62,100 nucleotides of DNA, filler included, from 14 parts of 14 records of this genome joined end to end with filler, not necessarily neighbours in it, one strand, 5' to 3'; counted from the first letter of the whole stretch, positions 13,307 through 28,735 are shown. Notes: a model not told the origin generated them from the sequence alone. Made by a program: numbers and translations.

Positions 13307-13500
13307 GACTACCCACCTTTTTTCAATATTTTTCCCTACACCGATTTTAAATGAGTCAGAATAATGACTCATTAGTCGAACTAATTTTAAACGTTCAAGC
13401 CTTATCGTTATGCACATATGTTGATGTTTGGACTTGTTATAATAAAACGTGAATTAGTTGAAAAGGCAGGCTGTTTAAAAGCTAACTAATAAATTACTTA

Positions 13501-14897
13501 CATTAATTTCAAAAGTCTTCAAAACTTTTCTGAAGCCGGCACCGACAGGTGGCGCTAATCTTAGTGCTTCATTCACTACTGCGTTAGTGTACGGAAGATT
13601 AGTATCCAAGTGGGTAAGCGTTAGATTATCCCATTCATTGTTAACTTCTTCACGAACTGCCTCGATAACATCTTGGTGCTTACCCACATAGTATAGCAAA
13701 GATGTCATAGCACTGACCAAAGTATCATGTCCAGTAAATAGAAACTCAATAGTCAAATCTTTTACTTCTTCCAAAGACATTTTCTCAGACATAATTAACT
13801 TACCTAAAACATCATTATCAGATTCTGAAGAGATCTTTTTCATTCTCTTGATCATTTCAGTCAGCAAATTTCTTTCAAGATGATACCTGGCATTAATACC
13901 CTAAAATTGCAAAAAGATGTTGCTATCATTCATGACCAAGTTCACGGAAATTCCAAGAAATTAAAGAGTTAGTACCTTTGTATAGCCAAATCCAGGTAAA
14001 GCTATCGGTAATGACCATAAGTTTAGCAAAAACTGTTCACACAACTCTGCAATCTCCTGTCCATGAATCTGATCGATATTGAAACCCAGCAATATTGTAC
14101 AAGCAAATTTGACAGCCAGAGTCGATGCTTTGGTAAACATTAAAATATGTCCTTCGTGACACCATTTATCAACCTACGCAATATTTCCTCAATTTATTAT
14201 TAAATAACAAAAAAGAAGCAATATTCACATTTTGTTTGAGTAAATTTTGTATAAATATATCAAGATATAACCTCTAATTCAATTAATGGCTTCATTTTGT
14301 CGATATATATTTCAAGATCACCATTGGTAAAAGCAGACGTTATTATTTCCTTTCTCTTGTTATGCTGATAACCCTCAGACATTGCCAAACTATGGATTCC
14401 AAACATGTCTTGCACTGTTATAGGCCAACACGACTTAACAATTTTACCTTCGCCATTAATTATTTTTGCAACACCTTCTTCACCCATAACTCTAATCATC
14501 GGGTTTCCAAACAAATGAGTTTTGTAAATCTTTCCATATATTCTAGCCCGGTTTTGGTAAAAGAATGACCCCTAAAGAACACTTAAACTAAAATTTTTAA
14601 TAAGATTCATTTATCGTAATAACAGTACTGCAGTAAACATACTATAATTAATAGCTACCAGTATACCTAAGTATATATTCGTATATTTAGTATCAAAATA
14701 GGTAAAAGAACCTCCAAAATAAAAGACAATGTTTCTCCAATCAAAGGAAGCCCATAGCTACCCGGAGGAAGAGGTGAATAGCTGTCTTGATCTTGCTTAC
14801 TTTCTACAAATTTTACCCATAGCCTCTGGATTAAAACCACCAAAATTACTGGCAAAATAACATTTTGAACCAAAAAGTCCAACCATTCAATATACAT
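13501..14897 (-). CDS. CYP26: Cytochrome P450 family 26 (retinoic acid hydroxylase), exons 1-4; heme-binding 3' exons not on this contig
   Basis: Exons about 14897-14712, 14571-14272, 14172-13976 and 13901-13501. Motifs LPPGSYGLPLIGET, YGKIYKTHLFGNPMIRVMG, WSLPIALP, EFLFTGHDT and EALRLAPPVGAGFRKVLKTFEIN are close to vertebrate CYP26A1. Confidence 0.9.
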
Positions 14898-14976
14898 TTT
14901 GAAATAGAATAGGTAAAAACAAACGTATGCTTGCTTATTAGGTTGGAATAGCGTTGTTTTTAAAGGTAACCGTACC

Positions 14977-14993
14977 TGACCTGGCCCTGAACC
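14977..14993 (-). promoter_or_regulatory. DR5 retinoic acid response element GGTTCA-gggcc-AGGTCA
   Basis: Exact RGKTCA(n5)RGKTCA, 80 bp upstream of the CYP26 ATG and just upstream of a TATA-like TTTAAAAA (14964-14957). Confidence 0.75.
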
Positions 14994-17447
14994 TGTTTGT
15001 TAAGAAAAGCCCAATATTACATAATCATGGGGAAGAACAGTATTGAAAACACCTATTGTTGTAGTGCTACTGTGCTCACAATAGTAAGCATCATAGGTCA
15101 TTATGAATATTAATACATAACAGCTAGCAAACAATAAAATATTGCATATTATATTTGCAAAGTATGAATGAGAATAGCTATTATATTTATAAATTACAGT
15201 AATATATTACATATTTTTTAATATTAAACATTTTGAAAAATCTATATCTATACATACTTACTATAATAAGTTAAATTTTAATAATTTACTAACCAGTACC
15301 TATATCATTATTAATAATAAATCATATCACTATTAGTAAAAACAATAAAAGAAGTAAACAACATTATTATTAATAGGAACAAAACTTATTTATCAATAAA
15401 GAATTAAACTATAATTATTAGCAAAATTTTAAATTCAATTATATCAATATAAAAAGATCAAAAGATACACTAACAAAAACTTCAATTGTTGCATATTTAT
15501 TAAAAGTTTTAAATTAAAACAGAGCTGCTCAGGGTCAAAATAAGTAACAAATGATTTCGGGACGAAGACCGTCTTATATAAGAGCTATTATGGAGTGCAT
15601 ATGGAGTAAATTACATAGTCATTGATTGTTATTTTGACTTTTGACCCTGTGTTACCTTTCTAAAAATATTTGTAGACAAAGTGGTTGATTCATTACCATT
15701 TGCAGTAAGCTGTCAGATTAAAAAATTTCATGAGAACGTGATCCTAACGTCAAATGAGTAACTCATTATGATGAGTTGCACCCTAATAATAATCTGACAA
15801 TAGTTCACGAAAAATTGACGATGTTTTATTACATTTATTAATTCAGCAAATAATTTTAAAAGCTTTAATTTAAAACGATACAAGTTAAAATTGAAATTAG
15901 AGTGAATAAAATTGGATTATTTTTAAACTTAAATTATAATCTAATTACATTTATTTTGAATTATGCACATACTTCATAAATTACACATATAATAATAACA
16001 AATTAACCACATGATTATTAATAAATAACTTATAATAATTAGAATTGGTTGGATCTGCTATGCCCATACTTTACAATTAATTATATAAAATTAGTTTCAT
16101 TTTCTATGTGCATATTATATACAACTAAAATTAAAATTGTTTCTTACGACATATTATAATCAATTAATAACTAAATATAAAATGTTAGAAATAAGAAAAA
16201 TTCAAATTTAGCAATTTTAAATTTGACATATTTTATTAAGCTCCAAATTTAAAATTTTAGATTGCTAACTTTATTCTGACTATACAAGGACAAAATAAAA
16301 GTAAAAGTGTATCACTTTTATTCCTTCGCTATCATGAAGCATGTTCATATTTTCTTCATCATTGATTTTTAGATATAATAATAAATAGCACACATGTAGT
16401 AGGTAATAGTAGTAGTACTGTGTCTTACGTAATATATGTATATTTCATAATGTTCATAATTTTCAATATGTATGTACTATAATAATCTGATCAATGAGCA
16501 AAGTTGTCACCATTACAAATTAATGATACTATGGCAGCCAAAATAAATTAGCAAGTGTTGAACAGAGTTAATTTAATTTGACCATGAGTGCAATGTGGAA
16601 TACAGCAAACAAGTCATCGTAATAACAGAATATCATTGCATATATAACAATTCAATAAATCATATTTAATCATGAATGTTATTTTAATAAAAATGAATGA
16701 ACATGGTATTGTAAATGTAATAGTGTAATATGTAGTACCATAAAACAGATGAAGTTGTTGCTGCTTTAGCTATGATCACATAACGTAAGCTAAACATTAC
16801 AAACGTTGCCGACTAAATTTGTCCTGGCCAAATCAAATTACCACCCTTCATATGTCACCATATGAGCAATTGGATCAATTAATTTGGCCATGACTGCAAT
16901 GTTACTAATGAAACTTTAGAAAGATAATAATTACCCATGAGATCGCACGTTTCATGCCATTACTATGGGTTTAATTAAATCAACACGCTAAAGTTCAGTT
17001 CATGAGAGATAATCAGTCTAGAGGTAACAAACTAAGGGCTTGTTTATGATTACTATTATTATACACTGTATAAATAAATATTTATACACTGTATGGTATA
17101 CTATGTATTGTATGTACGTAGTACTTAATTCTTCGTTAGAGCAGTTTTATGGTAGAGAAAATGTTTAAAATATTTCCCCAATACTAATGTGAAAAATATT
17201 TACTATCTTCTATTTACAAAAATATTTTGACATTGCGTTACGCAATAAATAACGTCTGAGTAGCATTTACGGTGAACGTCAGAAGAAATGATTTGAAAAA
17301 TCTGTTAATTTCCAGTCGAATAGCAGCGACATCTGGATGGCAAGGTAATAAAGTTGACAGAATTTCATGCACGAAGTTCTTACTGGATTAGGTAATCTAC
17401 AACCAAGTGAAAGCTACATTCAAGAAAGACCCAAGAATTGTTCTTTT

Positions 17448-20850
<3,403 letters not shown>

Positions 20851-21459
20851 ACAAATCATAAGGGATATAAATGAGATTTAAGCAAACAGTACATGTTTGT
20901 TAGTACTACTAAGTGGGGTAATTTCTTCCCATAAAAATTGCCCNNNNNNNNNNNNNNNNNNNNNNNNNNNNNNNNNNNNNNNNNNNNTTAATTAATTAAN
21001 NNNNNNNNNNNNNNNNNNNNNNNNNNNNNNNNNNNNNNNNNNNAACACCATTTTATAATTACTACAGTATTTTTAACAATTGCCTAAATTAGTATATAAC
21101 AGTTATTACATCAGAACCTATGCTTTCTGAGCTTACACAATAAGTGACAGCTGTTATAGTTAACTACCCAGGAATTTTAGACAAAGAGGTCTATGTGATG
21201 ATCTATCAGTAACATCAGACAAACAACTATGAAGGAACACAAAGAACTACCAAGAACTGCGGCTTACTGTCAAGAGTGTCTTACACTGTAGTCATAAATT
21301 GCATGCAATAAAAACTTCTTTTATTAGGATTACTATTAACAATAATAAAAAAACAGAGAACTTTCATTAAAGTCGAACATTGTTAAGTATACAAAGCTAA
21401 CTATTGAAAATTTATAATTCTATAATAGTAATGCATAGTAAGTCTGAAATTATCCATTT

Positions 21460-22001
21460 CTATAAGATAGAACTTGGTCTTAAACTTAATCTTGAACCAC
21501 GCACAGCAAGTCTCTGTGCCACCACTAATTCAGGAATGAAATACCCATCTTCCCAAACCCACTCAACAATAATGGGAGGTGAATTATAAAAGATTTCGTA
21601 AAAATAAGAAATATCAGATGCATTGGTTAACAAAACATTCGTTCCAGGCTTATGCCATCCATTATTCTGCCAATAAAGGAGCTGCTGTAAACAGTTACGT
21701 AGTAGACGGCTATGGGAGTGAATCACCAAATGATAAAAACCCTAGGACTTCGCCACCTTAATTATAAGAGTAGCTGCAAGGATCTTGGTACGCTCCAAAT
21801 CTCTTCGATCAGAACCCATATTGACATACAAATCCCAATCTCGGCAGAACATTCCCCAACAAAATCCAAATCCCCCCATGGATATTCCTCATCTCTAACA
21901 TCAAGGTAGGTATCAAACCAAACATGTCATCTGCGAAAGTTACCATTAAACAAACCATTTAAGGCAGCTTGTTCAAAATTATTAGCTGTTAAATCTTGCA
22001 T
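21460..22001 (-). pseudogene. Degenerate intronless RNase H1-like paralog
   Basis: Aligns with the adjacent RNase H1 (HLVIHS, WQNNGWHKPG, VEWV). In-frame TGA at 21929-21927, one base missing in the G-run at 21877-21872, in-frame TAG at 21744-21742. Confidence 0.75.
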
Positions 22002-22374
22002 TATCTTGACTATAAATAGATAAGCTACAATAAGTCGCTTCAATAAAAAGCTCTAGCATTGCATAGAATTATCAGCCTAAAAGCATTAATAGTAATTATG
22101 ATTATGTTATAAAACCAATTCATTCAGAAATAAAACGCTACTGTACATAAGCGCTAATAGTGATTATAACTATGTCGTAAAACTAATTCATCCAAAAACA
22201 AAATGTTATTGTTCAAAATACAACAACCAACAAGGCTAGTCAATCAAAGGTAAAGAACAACAGAGTCAACAAAACCTGCTAAAAGAAGAAATTGAATAAA
22301 GTTGCAATAATCTGAATGAAAAAATGGTCAGAATTTTAATAAAAAACAAAACTGCAGCATTACAAAAAAACAAT

Positions 22375-22710
22375 CTACTGTCCACCAAGAGCACCTAAAT
22401 TTGCCAGACTGTCAGCCTCACAATTGTACTTGTCACTTCCATGTCTATGAACCCACCTCCAACTAATTTTCATCTTTCCTCCACTGCATAATTGATAAAG
22501 GTAAAAAATATCATTGAAATTCTTTATTTGTTCATTAGATCCGGCTTTTTTCCACCCATTAGAACGCCAGGTTGGTAGCCACTTGGTCATACAGCCCAAC
22601 AAATACTGGCTATCGGAATGAATAACCAGGTGACTTATTTTCTTACTAGCTGCAACTTGGATTGCATGAATAGCGGCATGGATCTCAGCTCTGTTGTTGG
22701 TGGGTAGTAT
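22375..22710 (-). CDS. RNASEH1: Ribonuclease H1, C-terminal exon (5' part not on contig)
   Basis: TNNRAEIHAA, IHSDSQY, WRSNGWKK, WVHRH, NCEADSLA: catalytic E, D, H and D of the RNase HI fold are present. Confidence 0.85.
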   Translation of the reverse strand: MLPTNNRAEIHAAIHAIQVAASKKISHLVIHSDSQYLLGCMTKWLPTWRSNGWKKAGSNEQIKNFNDIFYLYQLCSGGKMKISWRWVHRHGSDKYNCEADSLANLGALGGQ

Positions 22711-23196
22711 ACTATTTATACTATAGTATCGTATCATATACTGTATACATACTTAGTATGTCATACTGTATAATACAGCCTGTATTATCATACCATGTTA
22801 TCGTACTATCATATCATATTATTGTAGTAGTGTATTGTACTATATGATTTATATATCTCCCGTATTATCATACTATCATATCATATTACCATACTACATG
22901 TACATACTATATTATCATATCATATGTATTATCATAAAGAACAATACATAACACATTATTGTACAATATCATACAATTTTTGTGTATACCAAAGACCTTT
23001 AATCCCTTTAAAGGTCTATGGTGCATACTATGCATTGACATTGTATTACTATGTATGTCTAGTATGTTAGGGTGGTTCACAAAAAAAATGTTTTTTNNNN
23101 NNNNNNNNNNNNNNNNNNNNNNNNNNNNNNNNNNNNNNNNTTAATTAATTAANNNNNNNNNNNNNNNNNNNNNNNNNNNNNNNNNNNNNNNNNNNN

Positions 23197-23574
23197 TTTT
23201 AATGCTTTTATCATTGCATTTCCTAACTCATTTACAAAGATCCCATATAAGGGTATTGCTATGAACGCATAAATTAAAATTATTAATCGCCCTTCCGGAT
23301 TATTTGGCACCAAGTCTCCATAGCCTAAAATATAAAATGGTGATAGTTGGTGTAGAGATTGCTAGGCAACAATCAAATAAAAAGTTACCTAGCTCAATTA
23401 GGCCAACGGATACTACTTACCCACTGTTGTCCCGGTAACGATTAGGAAATAAATTACTTCTGGTAAGCTAGTTCTCCAAAGTGGGATAATGTGAGTGATG
23501 GTAATTGTAGTAACCCCTTTTAATATAATTAAGGCAAACAAGGATAAAATGAGCTTTTTGTTCACCATCAGCAT
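23197..23574 (-). CDS. K2P-like potassium channel, first two exons (TM, pore, TM), 3' truncated
   Basis: MLMVNKKLILSLFALIILKGV...LPEVIYFLIVTGTTV|GYGDLVPNNPEGRLIILIYAFIAIPLYGIFVNELG, with a phase-1 intron in the selectivity filter. Not in the ORF track. Confidence 0.8.
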
Positions 23575-24251
23575 TGACTTCGCATATGTGCATCAAATAA
23601 TTTTAATAAGTAGTCATGTGTTTGCTTTGCTTAAAAGGACATCATCACTTTAAAAATAGGCCTCTACATCTGTTGTTATCATTTATAGTATTTATGTATT
23701 GGTATTTATAAAAGTGTGCATAGAATAACTTATCAACAAATACAAAATGACTTTCTATTTTAAAATATAATAAATACATCGTTTGCGCATGTTTTGATAA
23801 ATGGTAAGTATCACTTTTGAACCTGGAAATGATTAGTGGCTTAACCATATCATCACCAAAAGATGTCACCATTGTACGTAACTAAATATTTTAATAATAG
23901 ATGGCACATGCTTTTCCCTCTTAATAATACATTATCCTTATCTATGGTTTGAAACCATTACTTTGGCCAATCCAACATTCCGTGTAAAAGATTTTACATG
24001 AAGAGAGAAGGCGTAGTGATAAATCTTTTTTACAGACATGTAGGTACGCTCGAGAATTCTTGCTAATTAATAAAACGACATTGTTACCAGATTTCAACTG
24101 GCTATAAATTAATAATCGGGAAAATTTATTATTATTAACAATGTTACATTGTAGTTCGAAACACAGTTGATAGTTCGAAACACATATGTTTACAGTTGTG
24201 TTATACATAATGTATTATTATGTATTATAATGTATTAATGTACATAATGTA

Positions 24252-25011
24252 TTATTCAGAATACAGTTTTTCTTGCCACACCTGTTGTGGCCAGCCACTT
24301 CTGGTAGCTCTTGATGAGTAATTCAGCGTATTGGCGCCATTAGTCTAAATTGGCCGTATTACAATTTATTAAGTTGTTAGTAATTATTATTAATGATTTA
24401 TTTTACGTATATCAAGTTTTGTAATTAATGACGCGATGCCATTGGCGTTAATAATAAAAAATGCTAACCAGTTTTTGGTGTTTTCGCAAATAATGAGAGT
24501 GGCTTCGCTTGCTTGTAACCAATATCTTTTCAGGTTGGTATTCATCTTCGACGTTTCCTTCCAAAGTACTCATTAGATGGTGAATGTACGTTTTAGCCAG
24601 CTTTAAGATCTTAATCTTCGATAACTTGGTGTCCTGGGGTACATTTGGGATCACATTCCTTAAGGCCCCATAAGCGTCGTTTATGTTCTTCGTTCTCTTT
24701 CGCTCTTTGTTGTTGGCACTTCTTCGCTTCTTTTCAACCTTGAAGGGTGGAAGATACTGACCATCTTCTACACTACCAACCACCATAATACGTTTTGTAC
24801 TATTGTAATACTGTTGGCAACTTTGGTCTTCATTACTTTGGTTGTAGCTGTGGCTGTAAGCATCACCAAATGATGGGTATGACTTTGGATTCGGTTGCAG
24901 TTCGAGAAAATGTGGGTCATACATGCCTCCTTGTGGCGGATAGTACTCTGGAAAAATTGCACTAGAATTTTGCTCCATAGAAAGCATCCTGGTTTTAGGA
25001 AATGGTACCAT
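24252..25011 (-). CDS. HAND: HAND bHLH transcription factor, 2 exons (25011-24469, 24344-24252)
   Basis: bHLH KRRSANNKERKRTKNIN...IPNVPQDTKLSKIKILKLA plus the HAND-specific C-terminal motif RSGWPQQVW in exon 2. Confidence 0.92.
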
Positions 25012-25028
25012 CAGCTACTGTTTGGTGC

Positions 25029-25036
25029 TTTTTATA
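25029..25036 (-). promoter_or_regulatory. TATA box of HAND
   Basis: TATAAAAA on the minus strand, 17 bp before the first in-frame ATG. The spacing suggests a downstream Met may be the true start. Confidence 0.5.
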
Positions 25037-26260
25037 GGTGTCTTTGGAGAGGCGGAGTTAAAGCAATTATGTTGTGGCATGAGGCAACTTGTACATGAAA
25101 ACTTACAGATCACCGAAAGTGATAACAGTAACTTCTTAACGATCTGCAATGATTGTAAATTATGGCACATACCTGCCTCCATTTCCAATAAACATTACGA
25201 TTGATAAAGCCACCAACCAGGCGACAAATGTCAGACACCTTACCATTACTTACTTCCTTCCTAATTTCACCAAATCTTATGTAATATTTCCGTTTTTTGA
25301 ATAAATGTTCAACTTAACCTTAACACCCAAGTGAAGGTGTCAATAAATAATTGGGATTTTCAGGTAAAATTTGACACTTATTATTAATAAAAATTGCATT
25401 TTGAACATATCTATTGAAGAACAATGGTGAGACTTTTTCAATTGGATGATGATAGATTTCCCATGGCCTCAAAAGAGAATGACAGTTTCATGTTTTCTTT
25501 TTTAACAAAATTGACAAAGGACACTATGGTTGGGAAAGACCTCCTATTGGTTAAAATAACCAAATCAAACATCTAATGAGTCTCGACAGCTAATGATACT
25601 TATTAATTACAACGTCAAAATATTATAAAACAATGTCTTTGGTCAAAAAGTAAATGTTTACCAAAGTCTTTGAGATGTTGCTGATCATGATACAATCGTC
25701 CGCCCGCTCGTCTGTCATTTTCCCATTCAGCTTGTGTTATCAATAGTAATGAGCCATTATAGCAGTCACTCACTTATCATTCAATGTACTTACAGTTGTT
25801 CATAACTGTACATCTCAATACTTACCATCTAAAACAACTACATTACATTAGAAGAGCACGTGCATTCTAAACCAACTTGTACCCTTTTGTTGAACTAACT
25901 TTAGTTTCACGTTGGACGAAAACCAGATTGCCTGCCTTTTAAGCCTACTATTATATCTACTTACTATCGATATGATAGTACGTATGTATTGATGATAATA
26001 ATAATAACTGTTAAACACGAAAAATAATGAGGAGTCTGGTGACGACTTTCATCATCTAACCAAGCAACAAATCTGTGTTTTGTATACCCTTCTGGCTCCA
26101 TCTTACATAAACAGATACGCATAATAATGTATAGCTAGCCAACGTCGAATAAAAAGTACAAGAAAAACACCTGGAGGAGATTATTTATTTTATTATCAAA
26201 CAATTACAATTATTACATTCTAATTGCAAGTACCATGATCAGCACCGAGTACAGACAAAT

Positions 26261-28735
26261 CTACTTTAAAAACAACTTCCTAAATTCTTCGTTAGACTTT
26301 GGTTCGGGTTTCTTGTCAGATAATTTGTGACTTGTCACCATGGTTCTGGGTATCATCAAATTGACTTGACTTCTACTTGTTCGCCCCTTCTCAACACTTG
26401 GTGGTGGTGCAACAGCAGGAATTTGGTCTGCTTTGTTTCTCGGCTCTCTGCGGCTTGGTGGATTACTGATTGCAACGCTAATTTTATTTTCACCAATTAC
26501 AAGACCTTCTGCTTGTTCCACAGCGTTAGCCGCATCCTTTTCATTGCCATACTCAACATAAGCATACCCCTTTGGTGCACCCTTCTTATCCGTGCATATT
26601 CTGACATCTTTCAAGGATCCATATTTTGAAAATATGACTTCGAGTGCTTCTTTGGAAGTTTGTGAGGGAATATTGTTAACGAAAAGTTTCTGCTTTTCTT
26701 CTCCAACCTGGTACCTAAAGTGAGATTTCTCACTTTTCTCCTTAATTCTTGATATAAAAACGGGCCTTCCCATAAGCGCAGTTCTGTCCAATTTCAATGC
26801 CTCTTCCACAAATTTGGGATGGTCAAATTCCACGTATCCAAATCCTCTAAGTTTGCCATCATGTTTTCTTACCAACCGAACATCTTTGGGCTCAGAAATG
26901 TTGCAAAATATCTCTCCAACTGCAGCTTCAGTACAATCAAATGGTAAATTGCTGACGAAAACTTGTCTTTGAGCTTGTTCACTTAACATAATGTTGTCAG
27001 GACTTTTGAAGCTTTTCGGGTCAGCTGTTGTTTGGCCATCATTTGCTTGTAACCTCATCTTTTTTGAAGTAATTTTGATATCCCCATCTAAATTGATGTC
27101 ATCATCGTCATCTACATCATCTTCCCCAACTGTTTCCACTTTGGTAGTTTCTTCCTTGTGTTTTGTTTCTGAATATTTCCTCTTTTTTGCAGGTTCTTTG
27201 TAACCCAACCCCTTTCTGCCAGAACTTTTACCACTTCTACTGAAAGATGTCGCTGCTTTTTCCTGATCCTTCTTAATCTTTTGACCAACTTTGACCCAGA
27301 ACTCCCCAATTTTCTTGTTAGCTTTCAGAAAAGACTGCAAAGAACCATCTCTTCTTTCAAATGTAATCCAGGCATGACAAATCAAATATGAATCATTCTG
27401 CACTGAATTAAGAGCCATTTCGTAAATACTTCTTACGAAATTAACATCTCCAAATTCATGCTCAATTTGAGCATATTCCAACCAAAGACGAGCATCTGTT
27501 TTACCACCTTCCACGGTCATAATTTCTTTCCATATATCCCTAAAACCCTGAATATTTCGTCCATATTTGGCTTCAACATATGCAGCATATTTTAACAACT
27601 GATGATTTGGGTCACTTTCTTGACCGAAGTTAGTTTTCATAAATTCTCTGGCTTCATAAATAAGTTTGAGAGTCTTCTTGGCATCACTATTCGTTCTCCG
27701 AAAACCGTCTACATAGGTTAACCATAGCTTCAGATAATCATCGGGGCACTGAATACCAGACGTTTTCAGTGCTCTATCTAATATGGATTTGCATTGGTCA
27801 AATTTATCGCAAGACTCCAAACAAAGCAAGTATTGAATCCATATATCAGTGCACCATGGACAATTTCTTAAAGCCCTTTCGTAAGTTTCCAAGTCTGGCA
27901 TTTTTAGTTCGTAATCAAGGTAGCTTAGATACTGCTTCCACAAGTCCATGTCCAAACAATGAGCAGCAATTGCTCTTTCAAAGGTGGATTGAATTCTTGG
28001 AGGTTGACTGCCATTTTTCGTCTTTTCAAATTCTACCAAATCAAGAAAACTTTTCGTATCAGTGAGATTTTTCTCAAATGGCATTAAGTTTTGAAGAACC
28101 TTAAGAGCATCTTCATAAGACTTTTTGATGTGAGTGGAAGCATCCTCTGGAAAGTTTTCCTCAAATTCTTTCCACACTTTCTCCATTTCAAACAGTGGAA
28201 TCTTCAACTGGCGAATGAACAAATTCTTCACCTTCTCAGTATCTCCCAGCTCAGTCTCGAATTGTCTGTATGCTTCCCATACATTTGCACCTTCACTGGT
28301 ATGAAGACCACATGCCATAATTGCTTTTTCAAAAAGTTCTCGAACCTTTCCTGGGCCTCCCTCTTTCTTTGAAGAAAGGAAATATACAATGCCAAATTGT
28401 ACAAATTCCATCCAAATTCCTACTGACAAATAGTCTTGTGTTGCTTTTTTAAACAAGTTCATGACATTTTCCTTGTCAGATTCGCTGTCAAATTTAAGTT
28501 CATCATTTATCCATTCTAGCCAAAGTTCCTCTGTCAATGGAAATATGGTAGACATATTCTGACGACAAGCTTTCAATTTGTTGTAGTCTCCATCCTTCCT
28601 CACAGCAGCAATAAGTTGTACATGAGCATCATAGTCATATGGATTTGAAACAAGCCTTTGTTCTAGATTTGAAATTTGCTGATGAAGGACTTCCTCATCG
28701 TGATCTGAAGAATCACTACTATCACTGTCTTCCAT
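26261..28735 (-). CDS. SART3: SART3/Prp24/Tip110 U4/U6 recycling factor; coding region intronless
   Basis: HAT repeats (NPYDYDAHVQLI, FPLTEELWLEWI, YERALRNCPW), two RRMs (RGFGYVEF, KGYAYVEY) and C-terminal LSm-binding motif KSNEEFRKLFLK. Start taken at MEDSDS. Confidence 0.95.
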   Translation of the reverse strand: MEDSDSSDSSDHDEEVLHQQISNLEQRLVSNPYDYDAHVQLIAAVRKDGDYNKLKACRQNMSTIFPLTEELWLEWINDELKFDSESDKENVMNLFKKATQDYLSVGIWMEFVQFGIVYFLSSKKEGGPGKVRELFEKAIMACGLHTSEGANVWEAYRQFETELGDTEKVKNLFIRQLKIPLFEMEKVWKEFEENFPEDASTHIKKSYEDALKVLQNLMPFEKNLTDTKSFLDLVEFEKTKNGSQPPRIQSTFERAIAAHCLDMDLWKQYLSYLDYELKMPDLETYERALRNCPWCTDIWIQYLLCLESCDKFDQCKSILDRALKTSGIQCPDDYLKLWLTYVDGFRRTNSDAKKTLKLIYEAREFMKTNFGQESDPNHQLLKYAAYVEAKYGRNIQGFRDIWKEIMTVEGGKTDARLWLEYAQIEHEFGDVNFVRSIYEMALNSVQNDSYLICHAWITFERRDGSLQSFLKANKKIGEFWVKVGQKIKKDQEKAATSFSRSGKSSGRKGLGYKEPAKKRKYSETKHKEETTKVETVGEDDVDDDDDINLDGDIKITSKKMRLQANDGQTTADPKSFKSPDNIMLSEQAQRQVFVSNLPFDCTEAAVGEIFCNISEPKDVRLVRKHDGKLRGFGYVEFDHPKFVEEALKLDRTALMGRPVFISRIKEKSEKSHFRYQVGEEKQKLFVNNIPSQTSKEALEVIFSKYGSLKDVRICTDKKGAPKGYAYVEYGNEKDAANAVEQAEGLVIGENKISVAISNPPSRREPRNKADQIPAVAPPPSVEKGRTSRSQVNLMIPRTMVTSHKLSDKKPEPKSNEEFRKLFLK

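Noticed and set aside
13349-13376. Recurrent (TAA)TGAGTCA(TTA) palindromes (also 18362, 34725, 44019, 59164) as an AP-1 regulon
   Set aside because: A short AT-rich palindrome in a palindrome-prone genome; enrichment cannot be established by eye.
21742-21929. In-frame TAG/TGA as evidence of stop-codon reassignment or selenocysteine
   Set aside because: All other genes use standard stops, a frameshift co-occurs, and no SECIS was recognised; pseudogenisation is simpler.
26327-28372. Antisense and alternate-frame ORFs overlapping SART3, and similar short ORFs over DAXX, SMC2 and the 706-aa ORF
   Set aside because: Shadow ORFs of real coding regions, with no motifs or independent signals.
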